The position numbers were made by a program, and so were the translations under genes. The notes below the pieces were generated by a model. That model was not told where the DNA came from and searched no databases. It worked only from the letters and a program-made list of their open reading frames with translations. This document shows, one piece after another, positions 27,901 through 41,800 of a stretch of DNA of 64,000 nt. Each line of letters opens with the position of its first letter. Within the stretch, counting starts at the first letter, position 1. Source of the stretch: Phoronis australis (taxonomy: Eukaryota > Animalia > Phoronida); contig NMRA01000529.1 of assembly GCA_002633005.1 (NCBI GenBank), forward strand, positions 186,001 through 250,000, in the 5' to 3' direction.

Positions 27901-30900
27901 AATTTCAAGAAAATCATTACAGTAATTCCATCAAAAAATGAAAAATAACATAATCAGAATCAATGTCCAAATGAAATACTATGTCATCCGAGATCAATCA
28001 ACTTAATCTTTTTGGTGCACGCGTTTAAACTGAGTATCCTCAATAAGGCGGTTTTCAAAGGAGGATAAATCACATCAAACTAAAATGTGAATCACCAAGG
28101 AAATCTGTTGAGGGAAAATAAGGTTCTCGTCTATTTGTCTTCTGGGATTGAGTTGCATAAAACTTCAAAACGAATCCACTGGATCAGTTTGAATGATTTA
28201 AAATTCTGTGTTCAACAATAGTAACCTGCTCTGTAACATTGCGACGTGGTTAATGCCGGGACCATGGCCCATTGACATTTGTGTTGTATCGGCTCAGTCC
28301 GCCAATTGAGTCATTTTATGAAAAGCGACGTTTGATAGCGTTTACGATATTTTATAATTACTATTGTCCATAAGCCATCTTTATAATTGCCATAATTTTT
28401 AGTACGTTCACGCATCAAAATGATTTTCAAAATGCAAAGCCTGAGCAGTCATCTTGACAGCGGCACATACATCGCATTAAAATCACAAAATCACGTATTC
28501 ACCTGTTCTATTTTTTGGTCAACTGTGGCCCGAATCTTTATTGTGTGTATTTCGTGCCAATTATTGCGATCGATTTTTGTGCCGCAGCTGTCCGCTACAG
28601 CAACTTGTGGAATGGGGTTTCCCGTTGAGCAGTAAGCGCCATCTTGTGCCCCTCCTGGAACATACGTCAGAATATCCAGGGGTTGGTCTCCCAGGTATGG
28701 TACATGAAGCTTGAGTTTGATGTCGATCTCAGCGCCCTCTTCTACTTCAATGGCGTTGTTTGTGTAGTTCATAATCTGAGCCCAAATATACAGTGAATGT
28801 GTGACTGACCGAAAACGTGTCGAAAGTAAAACAAAAAGTTAGTTCATAGTAAAGTTACACGCTGTCATCCGTTCATATCTGGTGACATTATTTTAGAAAC
28901 GGTAACAAATTTTTAATCTTGTGATTGCCATCAATAACGTGGAGAAAACGGATTACCGTCCTCTACTGTAAGGCACGTGTCCTTGTTAATACAAATTTTA
29001 ATAGAAAAAATAGAATTGTTTCATTAGATTCCAAACTGGCACTTTTGGGGTAATATAGAGGAGATCACTACGGCACTGATTTTTTTCTGTTGACCTGAAA
29101 TTGCACAACTACATGTATGCTAAAATAATCTTATGCATTCTTTTTATACACCCTGGAAATGCCTGGTGAAAGTAAAATATTTATGAGCAGTTTTGGCACG
29201 TTAGTCGAGGACGGGAGAGACCGCGGACCTCAAAACAATGCAGATGGTTATTGTGCTTGATCAGCGAAAGCGAAAGTAAAAAAGAGAAGACGAATATGGT
29301 TTGGAACCTTGTAATTCACTAGTTTGCAACTGATATTAGTTGCTACCGTTTGTATATGAAGTCAAGTGAATAAGGAAGTCCCTGTAAAATGATTTCAACG
29401 AGAAATACAATTTTTTATTGGACATTATTTCAATTGCTGCATTGTAAAATAAATTTTTCGTAGTATCTTCCTGATTGGACTGTTGAGTAATGTACGGGAA
29501 AACATGAAAAGAGATATTTTAATCTGTTAAAATATTCCTGTGAATATCGAATCTCCAGTCATTAACGATGCATGTACATCGTAAGGGCAGGCCAAGAGAA
29601 CTAGCGCTGCGTGTACATGGTAAGGGCAGGCCAAGAGAACTAGCGCTCCAACGATTTGCATTCCTTTTTTAGCCAAAACTATGCATAGTACCCTAGTACT
29701 TACCTCAATTCCTAACAGCTTTCTGTCACTTGACTTCCACTGGCTATAAGTACCCTGCTCAGTACTAAAGTATCTGGCCTTGCATGAAATCTAGAGAATA
29801 TTAAATAAAAGTGGAGACTTTATGAGATACACTTTGTCACTAGACAGTGATAGAATAGTTGGTAGAAAGTGTTGGCCACTGTTAGACGCCGATTAAATAG
29901 AATAAACTTGATTTTTTTTTCATAATTTGTTGGTCATAATCATGACGCAATCATTTCACTGTTGCGAAGTCAAAGGGGTCAAACGGGTAACAAGCGTTTG
30001 AAAATATACATGTAATTAGTGCCTCATTAACACAAACTTGATTCATGTACGACTATATTTTCTGTTGGAGAGCTTCACAGACACTCGCCATTGTTGTCTG
30101 TACAATTTCTAATCATCATGTGTACAGTTATGAAGTACATGTAAGGTGCATGTGTGGCGCAGCTCTGAAATAAGTGAACCTATCCCCCCCACCCAAGCCC
30201 CCCATGGTGCACCGCCTATGAGACGCCAATAGAGGAGACAAACAAATTAAAACACCATTATTGACAGCAAATCGATAAAACCTTATTTGATGAAGCAAAA
30301 GACTCTGCTGTCATATCCAAATTCAATTTTTAGTAATAAAAATGTCTTCACTTATAAGTTTTCTCAGTATAAACCATATAAAATATAAATGGGGTATAAT
30401 TGCATAATTGGCGGTAGTTTGTGTTGTTGATTCCCATAAGAGTGTGCGAAGCACCCGACTGTATTTACATGTACACTATAGAGCTAACAGTCATTCGATT
30501 GACTGGTTGAAGAGGGTGAAAATTTAAACTGTGAGATTAACTTGTAAGTAAACACACTATTTCCGACCATAGTTTACAATCTTCCCTGCAAGTTCGTATC
30601 GATTTCTTATTTTGCAGACCATTACTCACACCATTAAAAATTAAGTGAAATAAACCCAACTGAAAAGACTGCTCAACTCGTCAATGTTTTTGTTGTTTTA
30701 CATGACAGTGTCTACTAATTCAATTAAGGCATCAATTCACGAAACTGAAAAGGATGTCTAACAACTGCATTTTGGTGATCAGCTGCACATCACTTGGTTA
30801 ATATTCAAGAACATTGACGATAGCTTACACATAAACGAACCTTTTTACCAAAATGTCCCGGCAGCTTGAACCCAGCAAGTTTGTCTGTCACGTGCTGTAG

Positions 30901-33900
30901 CTGTGATGACGTCGTGGACCCTTGCAATAATGTTTCTCCCGCCAAAAAGATTGTGTCAACCTCTACAATGTTGCCTGAGCTGGGCAACGTCACCACACAT
31001 TGGTAAAAAAACAGAGAGTTATGCACTTCCACAGTCAGAACCGGATTGGTTGGAAGCTCTGCGACTTGAGTGGCTGAAATTCAACAGCGTTTGTTATACG
31101 TAACGCGTGCATTGTTTGCAAATATTCCAAGTTAGTGCAAATGACACATCTACCACTATGCTTGCTATATTGGTTTAGGTATCAAATACACTGTAATTCC
31201 CTTCCTAGCAACAGTAAGCGTAGAATATTTGTAAGAGGGGTAGGAAAGGAGTAACGAGTGGACTAGAAACTGTGAGTCCGCAACTGTTAACATGCACACG
31301 TTGGGTACACGGGGAACACGCCAATATGCCTACTTAATGTTAAGCAGTACTAAACTAAAATCAAAGAAATAATTTATTCTCTCTTTCCAATGTCAATTCC
31401 CGATGACCTTGCTTAGAAATGGACGTGGGCTATTTTGGTTTTCGGAAGTTTTATACGCACCCATTTTTTTCACCTGCAAATCGATTAATAAACAAGCGAC
31501 TATTTCAAACTTTGAAAGACATTGCATATGTAGTACAATAAAGAGGAAAGTGTCCAACACGTGTACCTCCACAACCAGGGGTGAATCCTGTCCCGGACAC
31601 TTCTCCTGGAGGACAGGGTGTGTGCTGTCCTGAAAAAACATGTCCACTCATGAAAATCTCCTGTAGATATTTTGGTTTCAGTATTACTAAGTAATCTGAA
31701 GATTAGGTAATAAGCTGGATAACACAACTACTTTACAATTAACATTCTCAGGCGTTTGCAGCTTTTTTAACTACACCTTCACGCACATAAATTAAAGCAG
31801 CCAATATAGTAATAACCGGTCAATTGTTTCTAGTGGAGGGGTGAGATAAGAATATATACATACAGGTGAACAGCAACATAACCTTTTATTTACTAAAACA
31901 CTACGGTGCTCGAAAAACTTGAGGAACACAGGCAGTTCGGTTACCTGAGCAAACGAAACGCCATAACGGCACTGCTAACTTTTCAAACTTTTCCATTAGG
32001 GGCAATTCACCTTCATAAATATTTTTGTCTAAAACCTAGTACACTATCATTAAAAATTAGGAAAGAATTGTTATGGTCAAAAACATAGCGATTGCAAAGA
32101 TTCAAAATGACTTTAAGGATAAGAAAGATGTGAGAAATGAGGCCTCCCTTAAAACTTGATGCAAAGCAGTATAATCACAAACTTACCAAAGCAATAGGCG
32201 GATGCACAAGTAGGTGGTGGTATTAGGTAATACACGACCAAATTTGGTGAGCACTTTTTCACTTTCAACGCAAGGGTATAAGCACAACAGTCGTCGCCTT
32301 TAGACATACAAGCCTGTCTGTTTACAAGGCCGTCCTCTTTGGAAGGAATTTCGCCTAGAACAGAATCCGAGCCGTTACCGACGTCATTTGAGACAGCAGT
32401 ATGTTACCTTTTCCATACACATGGCACATAGTCCCGGGCAGAGGTCAATCTGTCTCGGGAAGAGCAAATCTCGCCATGATCACGCTCTCTAATTGGAAAC
32501 ACTCGGCAACATCTTGCGTAATCTTGCGAAATCTATTGCTTTTCTTGCGAAGTAAAAGCATCACTTTGAACTAGAACACAGTCATCCGTGTATGTTGTCG
32601 AAGATTTTTTCAATCCTTTATTAACAACAATTTCTCAAAAAATTTAAGTTTAGCTTTCAATGACTTTTAAAGTTAAACCTTCACGCTAATTCCTAATCCT
32701 TGTGGTTGCTTGGTCAAATTAGTAAAAACACGGAGTATAGCGGCCATGTGAATTTGAAGCGCTGCATGTTGAAAATTGTCAAATGTTTTAAGAGCAATGT
32801 TTCTGTTGAAACAAGTACGCCGTAAATCACTTAACTGTGTCCTGTAAGTATCGTGACGTGGAATTGGGGAATAATACTGCACTATGTGCGCTATGTGAAC
32901 CCCGAAGATACGTCATTAGTGCAAAAGGTCATTCATTTGCAGATTGTTTGTTTTCACACTTACAAGTTGTTAATTAATACAAAGACATTTTGTTTAGCGT
33001 AGATGATGTTCAAATAGCACTGGCTCGTAAATTACAAAATACACACCTGTCATCCACATTGGATACTTTGTGTCACAGTGATATTCCTTTACACAACGTG
33101 TTGGCATGTCCAGCGTCTCAAAGCCTCCTCGTGATGGGTTTGAGGGTGCCTTGAATATATACCAACCTGGAAAAATGCGCAAATAGTATTACGCCATGAA
33201 ATCATTTAATTAATGCAAAAAAACAACTCACATATATCTTGAAGGCAACCATTACGAGGCCCCTAGCTTCAAAGAATTGAATTTCTTATTTTACGAAAAT
33301 GAGTGCCAAGACCTTTGTTTGTTCTTTTTTTCTGAAAATGTCATTTTCATGTAGATTGCATGTATAGCAAACTATGCTTTCGCCATGATTTTCTTGTGTG
33401 CATCATGTTCGTGCATATGCAAACCTGTTGGCATAAGGTCCAACGGAGGACGACTCACCACTTTATGAAATGGATATAAACATAAAAATGGAAGGAAAAT
33501 TCATGTTCAGGCAACCGCAAACGGTTTTACCGTTTATATTTCGCCTATAACAACAACGAATCAAATCGTCTGCCATCTTCTATACTTCGTGTTTGAACTG
33601 TTGACGTACAGACCCGAAAGTCAGCCAATGAGCCCAGTGAATTTACCAGTAAGTTAAAAAATGCAAATGGCAGAGTGACAAGCGAATAGAAAAATCGAAT
33701 TTTCGAGTGAATAATTTACTTTGCAGATATTTTTGCGAGTACTTATATTTGACATATTATTTATGCAGATAAATGTGTTCACGCTCGCAGTTACGACACT
33801 TGCAGGTTAATATTTGATATGTAATTCGAGTGTAAAGTATATAACACTGTGCGGTCTTCCAACCCTGTATAGATAAGGCTTGGTTTACCGACTACACTAT

Positions 33901-35807
33901 TGCTGTCGTTCATTTTAGACATTTCATTAATATTATCGTCCACTCACCTTCCTTTAAAGCCGAGTCGCAAAGAAGGTACTTGTCATCGTCCACACTTGTT
34001 GTCACATTTGCACTTCTTGCAGGAATGTCGGACACGGGATGCTCAATGAGTGTCAGTTGATGCAAGTGTCGGCATGGGTCAAAGGTTGGATCAAATATAG
34101 TGGAAGCTATGACAAATGAAAGCCACCATTTAGTGAAAAGTAACCTAGATTTGACTGAAAGCAGAAATTACCATTTCAATTTATGGCGCAAGTGTTCACA
34201 TTTTTTGTGGCAGTTGATGATTTGATTGGGAGTAAATGCGCAACCTCGTGGACATTTGCTGTCTTTTACGAGCACCTGAGATCCTGCAAAACTACATGAT
34301 TTGCCTGGAATGCATGGTGTTATTTCGTGAAGAAGTGCTTGATTATAGGCCAGCTCACTCAAAACTTCACCATAACAACAAAGATACTATATCCAAAATT
34401 CATTGTTTAATGAACACAAAGTTGTGTTTTGGTCTTCGGTCTGGATTTAGATAACTCGAGTTTTACGTACACCTCAGTAGACAAGTGAGGTGAACGTACA
34501 AACTACGCTTTCCCCGCCTGTTGTGGCTTCACAACACTGACCAAGGCAATGTCTGAACAATTCAGGTCTTGAAACTGTAAACCACGATTTGTTTTTATTG
34601 TTTGGGATACAAATGGTACTTCGTTTACGTTCTTGCAACTTGGTAGGACTGGAAAACACTATTTTACACGTGCAAGTACCAGTGCGGAGCATTGCCGGTT
34701 CTACTATCGAAAGGCGACGATCGTCAGGTCGACAATGTTTAGGGTTTTTAGATTCTAAATTATTGTGAAAAATATCAACGAAATTTACTGCTGAACAGCT
34801 CACAGAATTGAGAATAGGAAATGATAGTCACCCAGTCCAAGAGTACAATTATCCAAAACCCACTTAGTATCTAGGCCTCGGTTTTAAATTTGGTCTAAAC
34901 AAATTCCATGCATGAACAGTTTGATCTTGAGTTAGCGCTGTTGCGGTTTAAGTTATGAGGGAAGACGTTTCATAAAACTGACTTAAAATCTTTACTGTGA
35001 TGGACCTTAACTGCACAGTGCCTTATCAGACCATAGGGACAACATCCGTTTATGCCACTTAAGACCGTGTGACAAACTAGTTTTCGAGTTTTGAGGGTGG
35101 CTATACAGTTTTTCCAACGTTTGACAGCAGCGTTCAGGAATAGGTGGCGGCTAGGCAAAGTGGCATTGTATGTCATGCATCTTTTGCTGATTGCGCGAAG
35201 TGCAGCATAATTCAACGTACTGTACGAACTGTTTTTCGGGATATGGAGTAAAACCATCACTACAACGATTGTTTGGTTTCCGGTGTAGGAATCTCCTCTA
35301 TGCGGGAAACCTATTCCCGGTGGAAAGATGTTTTTCCTCGTAAGAACTTCGAAAAAAGTAAAACAATGTCATCGTTGGGCCACTGTACATGTAATTTTGA
35401 AGCTTTGAGTTGCATTTGCCAGTAATTTTCCGATCAAGTGTATACTGTGTACATAACAAATTGCTAATGGATGCACTTGTGAAACTGTACGGGTCGGTTT
35501 GAATTTAAATTTAAAAAAGTTAAATGCACAAACCTTCACAAGATTGTCCATCTCCTGAAAATCCATCTTTACACCGACAGGAGTAAGACCCAACGGTATT
35601 AAAACACGTTGCATTTTGGATGCATGGAGAATTCACACACTCGTCAAAGTCTGAAAAGATGCAAACCTCATAAAACACCAGTTTCAGGGCATACAGTATA
35701 TGAATAGTAAGTATGATTTTGATGACAGTCGTGGTGATGTGTATAGTGATGGTCGTGTGTATGTATTATGTATTATTTTATGTGTGCGTGTGCGTGCGCG
35801 CGCGCGC

Positions 35808-35846
<39 letters not shown>

Positions 35847-38800
35847 GGCAGCATCAGACAATTAAATATTATTTAGTTACTGATTGCTACGATCCCGAAG
35901 GTTTTCTAAAAGTCATTAAAGAAATTTAGATTATTGCATAGCGAAGTCGTTATCCATCGAAATCTAGAGCCCGAGTTGATATTGGAGAATTTCGATTGCC
36001 CGAAGGTCGATACCCCCAAGGGCGATTATTCTTGAAAATCCACGAGGCTCAAGAGTAGAGGGATGACGAATGAGATTATGTAAGAATATAAATGTACCAA
36101 ATACTGAACAATAAGCATGGCAATAGCGGAGTTGCAACGCCGCCATATTGGAAATGGGTCAGGATGTTGCATTGTGGTTAAGCCGGTAAACAAGTACGTC
36201 GGCAAGCGTGGGGGCGAACCGGCCACAGGTTATACGTGTTGTGTGCCTGGCATGCTATAATACCAGTTAGCGAGATAAAAATTTAGTTACTACCTGTTTT
36301 CCAAGGAAAAAGAACTGCGTTAAACATGGGTCAGAGACATTAATAGAGCTGGTAGCAAAGGCCGACTTCGTGAATTCTTTCCGACTTGGTAGCATAAAGT
36401 ATGCAGCGCTCATTTTGAGGGCGGCAAGAAAACGTATCTTGGAGACTGCTCAACAATATCTCCCTTCCAAGAAACAGTAACAAAATACTCTACGGCGGTT
36501 GGTAGTGAAAAAAACTTGTTTTCGCTTGACCAAAACCAAGCCAACACGAGCAATTTTGAGGATAATGCCTCTGCACAATCACCTGTTCTGGGTCAACACA
36601 CTTAACGTACGCTCACTATATGCATTGCGCGCTAGGATAAAGCGTGCAGAATATTATTATTTACTTTCTACAAAAATGTGGTGCATTGCTATCAAAATTC
36701 GTTGTTAAATTACGATCATTTTTTGTGTTGGAAGTCCCAGGGCGAAATCTTGCCGACAAATGCGTAGCTGCCGGTCTCGCAATCGTCGATAGGACTTGAA
36801 TTCTTGAATAAGAATACAGCTTCGACTCAACAAATTACCTGAAATCCTCCTCAAATTTTCCAAATAGCGTCTCTAAGATTTTTAAGTTCTTGTGGAGTCT
36901 GGATTAACTGCAGATTAAGTCCAAATCTGCGCTAGATTGTAGCCCGCAACACGAAAAAAATCTCTGGAGGAACACACATGTTGTTGTCACGTGACGTTTG
37001 TTTTGAAGTTTGTATGCGTGTGTGTGACAGTAAGCGTGCGTGTGCTTGTCATCAGAGTTCATTTGCCAGAGTAATGTAATGATCTAGGTGTGCATTGTAT
37101 CCGAAGAAATTAAGTCAAGCAGTCAAGCAGGGCGTGTTTAAATATTTAGCTTAGCCTCATCTGCTAAAAACGTTCGAGAATTTTTTCGGTAAGACCGATA
37201 TGTCACTCATTGAGTCGCCGGGTGAGTGGATGCGTGACCGTAGTGTAACAGCTATTTTCCGGAAGATTTGGGGTGTAAGGGTGCGAAGTGGGTCATTTTG
37301 ACCATAAAAACACCAATTACGATTAGTTAAATAATTTCTCTTCAAAATAATCCAAAGGTTTTTTACGGTATTATAAACTTTTGGAAATTAGTTCCAATAT
37401 TTATTTGCCGATGCTTTGTTACCCGTTTCATGAATAGATAGTTCCCGACTAAATGTCTTCGATGACAGCCGGTACATTATGCAGCGCGCGCTTCTGGGCC
37501 GCGTGCTAACACTGATCGATTTTTTATCAGTCTTCGATTCACGGTTTTCATGTGTCCAAAAAAGTTTGGATTCCTGTTGAGGCCGAAGAAGATCTGTACC
37601 GGAAAGAAACAATGCAAGGCCGCTGACAAGTGCTGCATCTCTTTTCAAAGTCCACACCCGCGTAGTGGCGCACATCGCTCGCAAGAGCAGCAAAACTTCT
37701 GCGTTCTTTTTGAATTGCGGCGTAAGTTTGAAGTGTATATGGACATAACGGCGAGGCTCGTGGTCTACAAATTCAGGACTGTCGGATCTTTCAATTGATA
37801 AATTGGAGACGTTAGAACTGTAGGTAATGGCATTTTTTGCATGTAGTTCATGGGCTGGGCGCTTACTTTAGCAAAGTCTGAAAACGCGTTGTTGCACTTG
37901 TTGGGGCATGGTCGCTTTTAGGGCGAATAGCGGCAGAATTGCATACAGCAGCGTAGTTTAATGCACACAAATCACACACGTCATGCAAACCAATCGGCCA
38001 TTCCATTTACCCTTATCAATCCCAATAGCCTTTGCGCACCCTAATTTCCGGAAATGCGCAATTGTTAAATCGATTCGGTTCGAACTCCGCTATTGTTCGA
38101 CCTACCTTTCTCAACTCGCCCCGGCTTTGCTACTACTTTCTATGTCAGAGGTCCGGGGTCGGAGGTCGTGGCCTTGTTTTTGTATTAATGTTTTAACTCA
38201 AAACCAATTGGAAATTTAAACACAATAGAAATAAAGTGAATTCATAATTCAAATTGAGACTTTTAAGCAACTGATATGGCTTACTACACATCTTCTCACG
38301 TACGTGTCCGCAGAGAAAACATGGTCTGTTAAACTAGGTTGTAAAATGTTCAAGTCAAAAGATCCCGACCAGACCTATATTTATATGTCAGGTGATTTAC
38401 AAGTGAGGGTACTTTATACTGGATTAAAGATGTTTTTATTGAAACAGAGCGTCATATTTTCTAGAGCGTACCAGTGTCTATACAGTGCTGTTTGTTGAAC
38501 ATGCAATTATTGCGTGTCCTCATTTAAGTATTCTACGATGACGTCAGATGGTGAATGACCCAGCTGTTCATCGATGGCTCAACTTTCTAGCGAATTGGAT
38601 TCAATTTCTGCCTCTTGCTGACGCCAAAATGTTATTCAGCACGGGTGAAATAGCTAAATGAGATATTGAACTATTCCATTTGCTATGGCAAGCTGATAAT
38701 GTGGTAAAAACTTAAATATCCAATTTGTGACCTGACAGGTGACATACATGTATATGACCGTGGAAGTAGAAGTCGCAGTTTAGCCTGGTTTTCCATCCAT

Positions 38801-41800
38801 GTGTTTTATCAGGTGGAAAATATACATTGCACAAGCAAGAACTGATTGAACACACGACACGTTTCGTTACTGGCAGCCTTTATTCCGTTTCGTTATTGGC
38901 AGTCTTTATTCCGTTTCGTTATTGGCAGTCTTTATTCCGTTTCGTTATTGGCAGCCTCTATTCCATTTCGTTCTTATGTTCAGAATAAAACTCTACACTC
39001 AACATTGATGAAGTAACTGACCAAGAGACATATTTGAAAGGTACACGATATTTCGAAACATACTTGTTTAATTCTGAAGAGGAAATAAAGCGATACTTTA
39101 ATACCAAAACAGAGCATAAGCTGGAGACATACCCAATAGGACACGGTTTGTGTGAAATACTCCAAAGAATGACGAATTAAGGGGCGTAACAGGAAAGTCT
39201 CGCAAACAAGTTTAACGTGCGGCGCGATCCTGTTTGCCGCTCATTCAAGAAAAGCTTCTCATATGCAATCAAAGGTCTCTTCAATACTTTCAAACGCAGC
39301 ACATCGTGCTATACGTACCGAACTGACGTGTTTTCCACAATTTCATGTCATTGCAGAAAATGATCTTGGATGGCACAATTTTGAAGATGCATCCGTAACT
39401 GACGGGAAAGACTGAAAACCATTTGACCAATATCGTGTACCTTTTAATCATGTCTCTTGGTCAGTTACTTTATAAATATTCCGTTGAATGTAAAGTTTTA
39501 TTCCGAACATAGGAACGAAACGGAATAAAGGCTGTCAATAACGAAAAGTGTCGTGTACATGTATTCAATCGATTCAGCATATCAAAGAACTTGCTGCCCA
39601 AGCACAGCCTGAACAAGCAAGGTTAACATCTTGCAAGTGTACAAAATATGTAGGTTTCGTATTTTATCTAGAGAATTCACTTGCGATAATATCCATGATC
39701 AATAATTTACTTTTAAATTACCTTCGCAATATGTTCCGTTTCCAGAATAGCCAGTCCTGCACTCACATCTGTAGTTACCTGTATCAGGTGAATTGAAACA
39801 GTTGGCGTTCTTGTCACATGGATTATTCTTACAATCTGAAACTATAAGGAAAGCTGGATGAAACATCACAGATTAACGAGCGAACTTTTCTAATAGAAAA
39901 TATTAATCTGTGGAATTTTAATTCACCCACTTATTTTGATGGTAAAAAGTTGATCCCATGACAGTTTGAAAGAAAATTTCATCATATCTTGAGTCCAAGA
40001 AAATGTTATCGCAAGGACAGCCAACAAACAATACCTTTCTCACCAAACGGGTGACAATATGTTTCTTCAAAAATGAATGTTTTGAGGCTAGAGAATAACC
40101 GGGCAATTACTGCCAATGAAGGACAAAACTACATGCAGCGATTTGACATGTCTTCATGGATTACTAACATCGTTCAAGTTTTTAAAGAAAATATAATCCA
40201 ATTGTTGTCAACCAACTTCTTGATGTATACTGTATCAATCACAGACACAGTAAAATCAACCAACATGTATGATGTATACTGTATTAATCACAGACACAGC
40301 AAAATCAACCGCTGGAAAGCTTTTGAAAGGTACACTAAAGGTAGATCAAAAGGCAAGCTTACCTTCCCTGCAAACAAACTGCATTTGGACAGTATGGCAT
40401 TTCATTCTGTTCCAGTACAATCCACTATACAGTGCAAAGCAATCTACGGAATAACAATGGAATGTCATGAGGTCTAAAATGATAATGTCAACCTCAATAT
40501 TTATATGTAACGTTTACGTTGTCTGTGTACGTGTACATGTATTCATTAAGCAAATAGTACTTTTGCGAAATGCACTCTATGTAACTAAGTTGTGCACTGT
40601 CTTAGTACTAAAAAGATGCCATGGGTGTGATGACATACTCTGTCGTACTCGACACATGTTGATACCCAAGCGATAATATATAATATATATAATTTCACTA
40701 AAGCGATAATATTAGTGGGGGCGACAATGAACACGTGCTGTCGTCCCTCAACTGGGCTGAAAACTACAGTAGCTGTTTACAAACGTTTTCAACACATAAG
40801 CGTATCCAGAATCAGCGGCAGGCCCGAAAAGTAAGAGAGTCCCAAACGAGATTGTTTTAAGTTCAACCGAGAAAAGCCGGAGTGAATAGTTAGTGATGGT
40901 AACAACAGAGCTTGATGTCAGCCTCGTTATCGCCATAGTTGATCTTGCACGTGCCACAGGAACATTTGGCCGGGGACACTAATTACGTGTCTCTTATTTT
41001 CCGACTATCGGTACCATCCATTTGAACTACGGATCCGCATTCGGATATCCACGTCACCAACTGTGGTAGTACCTCAGCAGGTAGTTAATTTGGGGCTGTC
41101 GGTTTTGTTGTGCAAAAAGAGAAAAGGGCGTAGAAAAAAGAAAAAGCGTGTCAAAGTGTACTTCTCAACTGAGATGTTCCGGTTCAAAAATAGCGTGCAA
41201 AAATATTTTCATTTGCACCTTTTGTGAGTCTGCGAGGAACTTGTCCTTGAGTCCTAACTGTGAGTCTTCTTAGAACTACTATCTATTTTTCGTCTTGCCG
41301 GTATGACGTTTGTAATTTTTGCGTGTTGTTCTAAGTAAAATGAAAGAATAAACGAGATAAACGAGACACAAATTTGTGATAGATTACCGTCGTGGGGTTT
41401 AAATTTCGTGCAATACTATTAATGAAAACGGAGTTGGCATTGATTATATTTCCCTGTAATGTTTACATGCGTGGTGATGCCAAATTAAAACGTTTTTGTA
41501 CGAAGCAACATGAAGAAAACATTAGGTCCTGGACGAATACACTGCGGAATGAAATCGATGAAACAGTTTAGTCCGTCATTTCATGACTAATGGAAGTTTG
41601 AGCTCAGTCTTAAGTTGACAGATCCAGTTACGGAAAATCCCCGCACATGCTTCTCGTCCTGTAGTTGTCTTACTTTAATCTATTATGTACAATGTACCAT
41701 TCTCCAGGAGTGTAAAAATCAAGAAATTTACACTATCAGGATCTAATCTAGAGTCACGACCCATTAAAGCCTAACTTCAACGGAATTCTGTTATTTTAGA

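Noticed and set aside
36839-36990. Donor-like CAG|GTAATT and CACGTGAC motif suggesting an internal first exon or promoter
   Set aside because: No ATG or signal peptide; adjacent to a THAP transposon relic; the upstream exons already give a complete frame
38861-38971. Regularly repeated 26-bp unit, CRISPR-like at first glance
   Set aside because: No unique spacers, eukaryotic intron, part of a MITE arm
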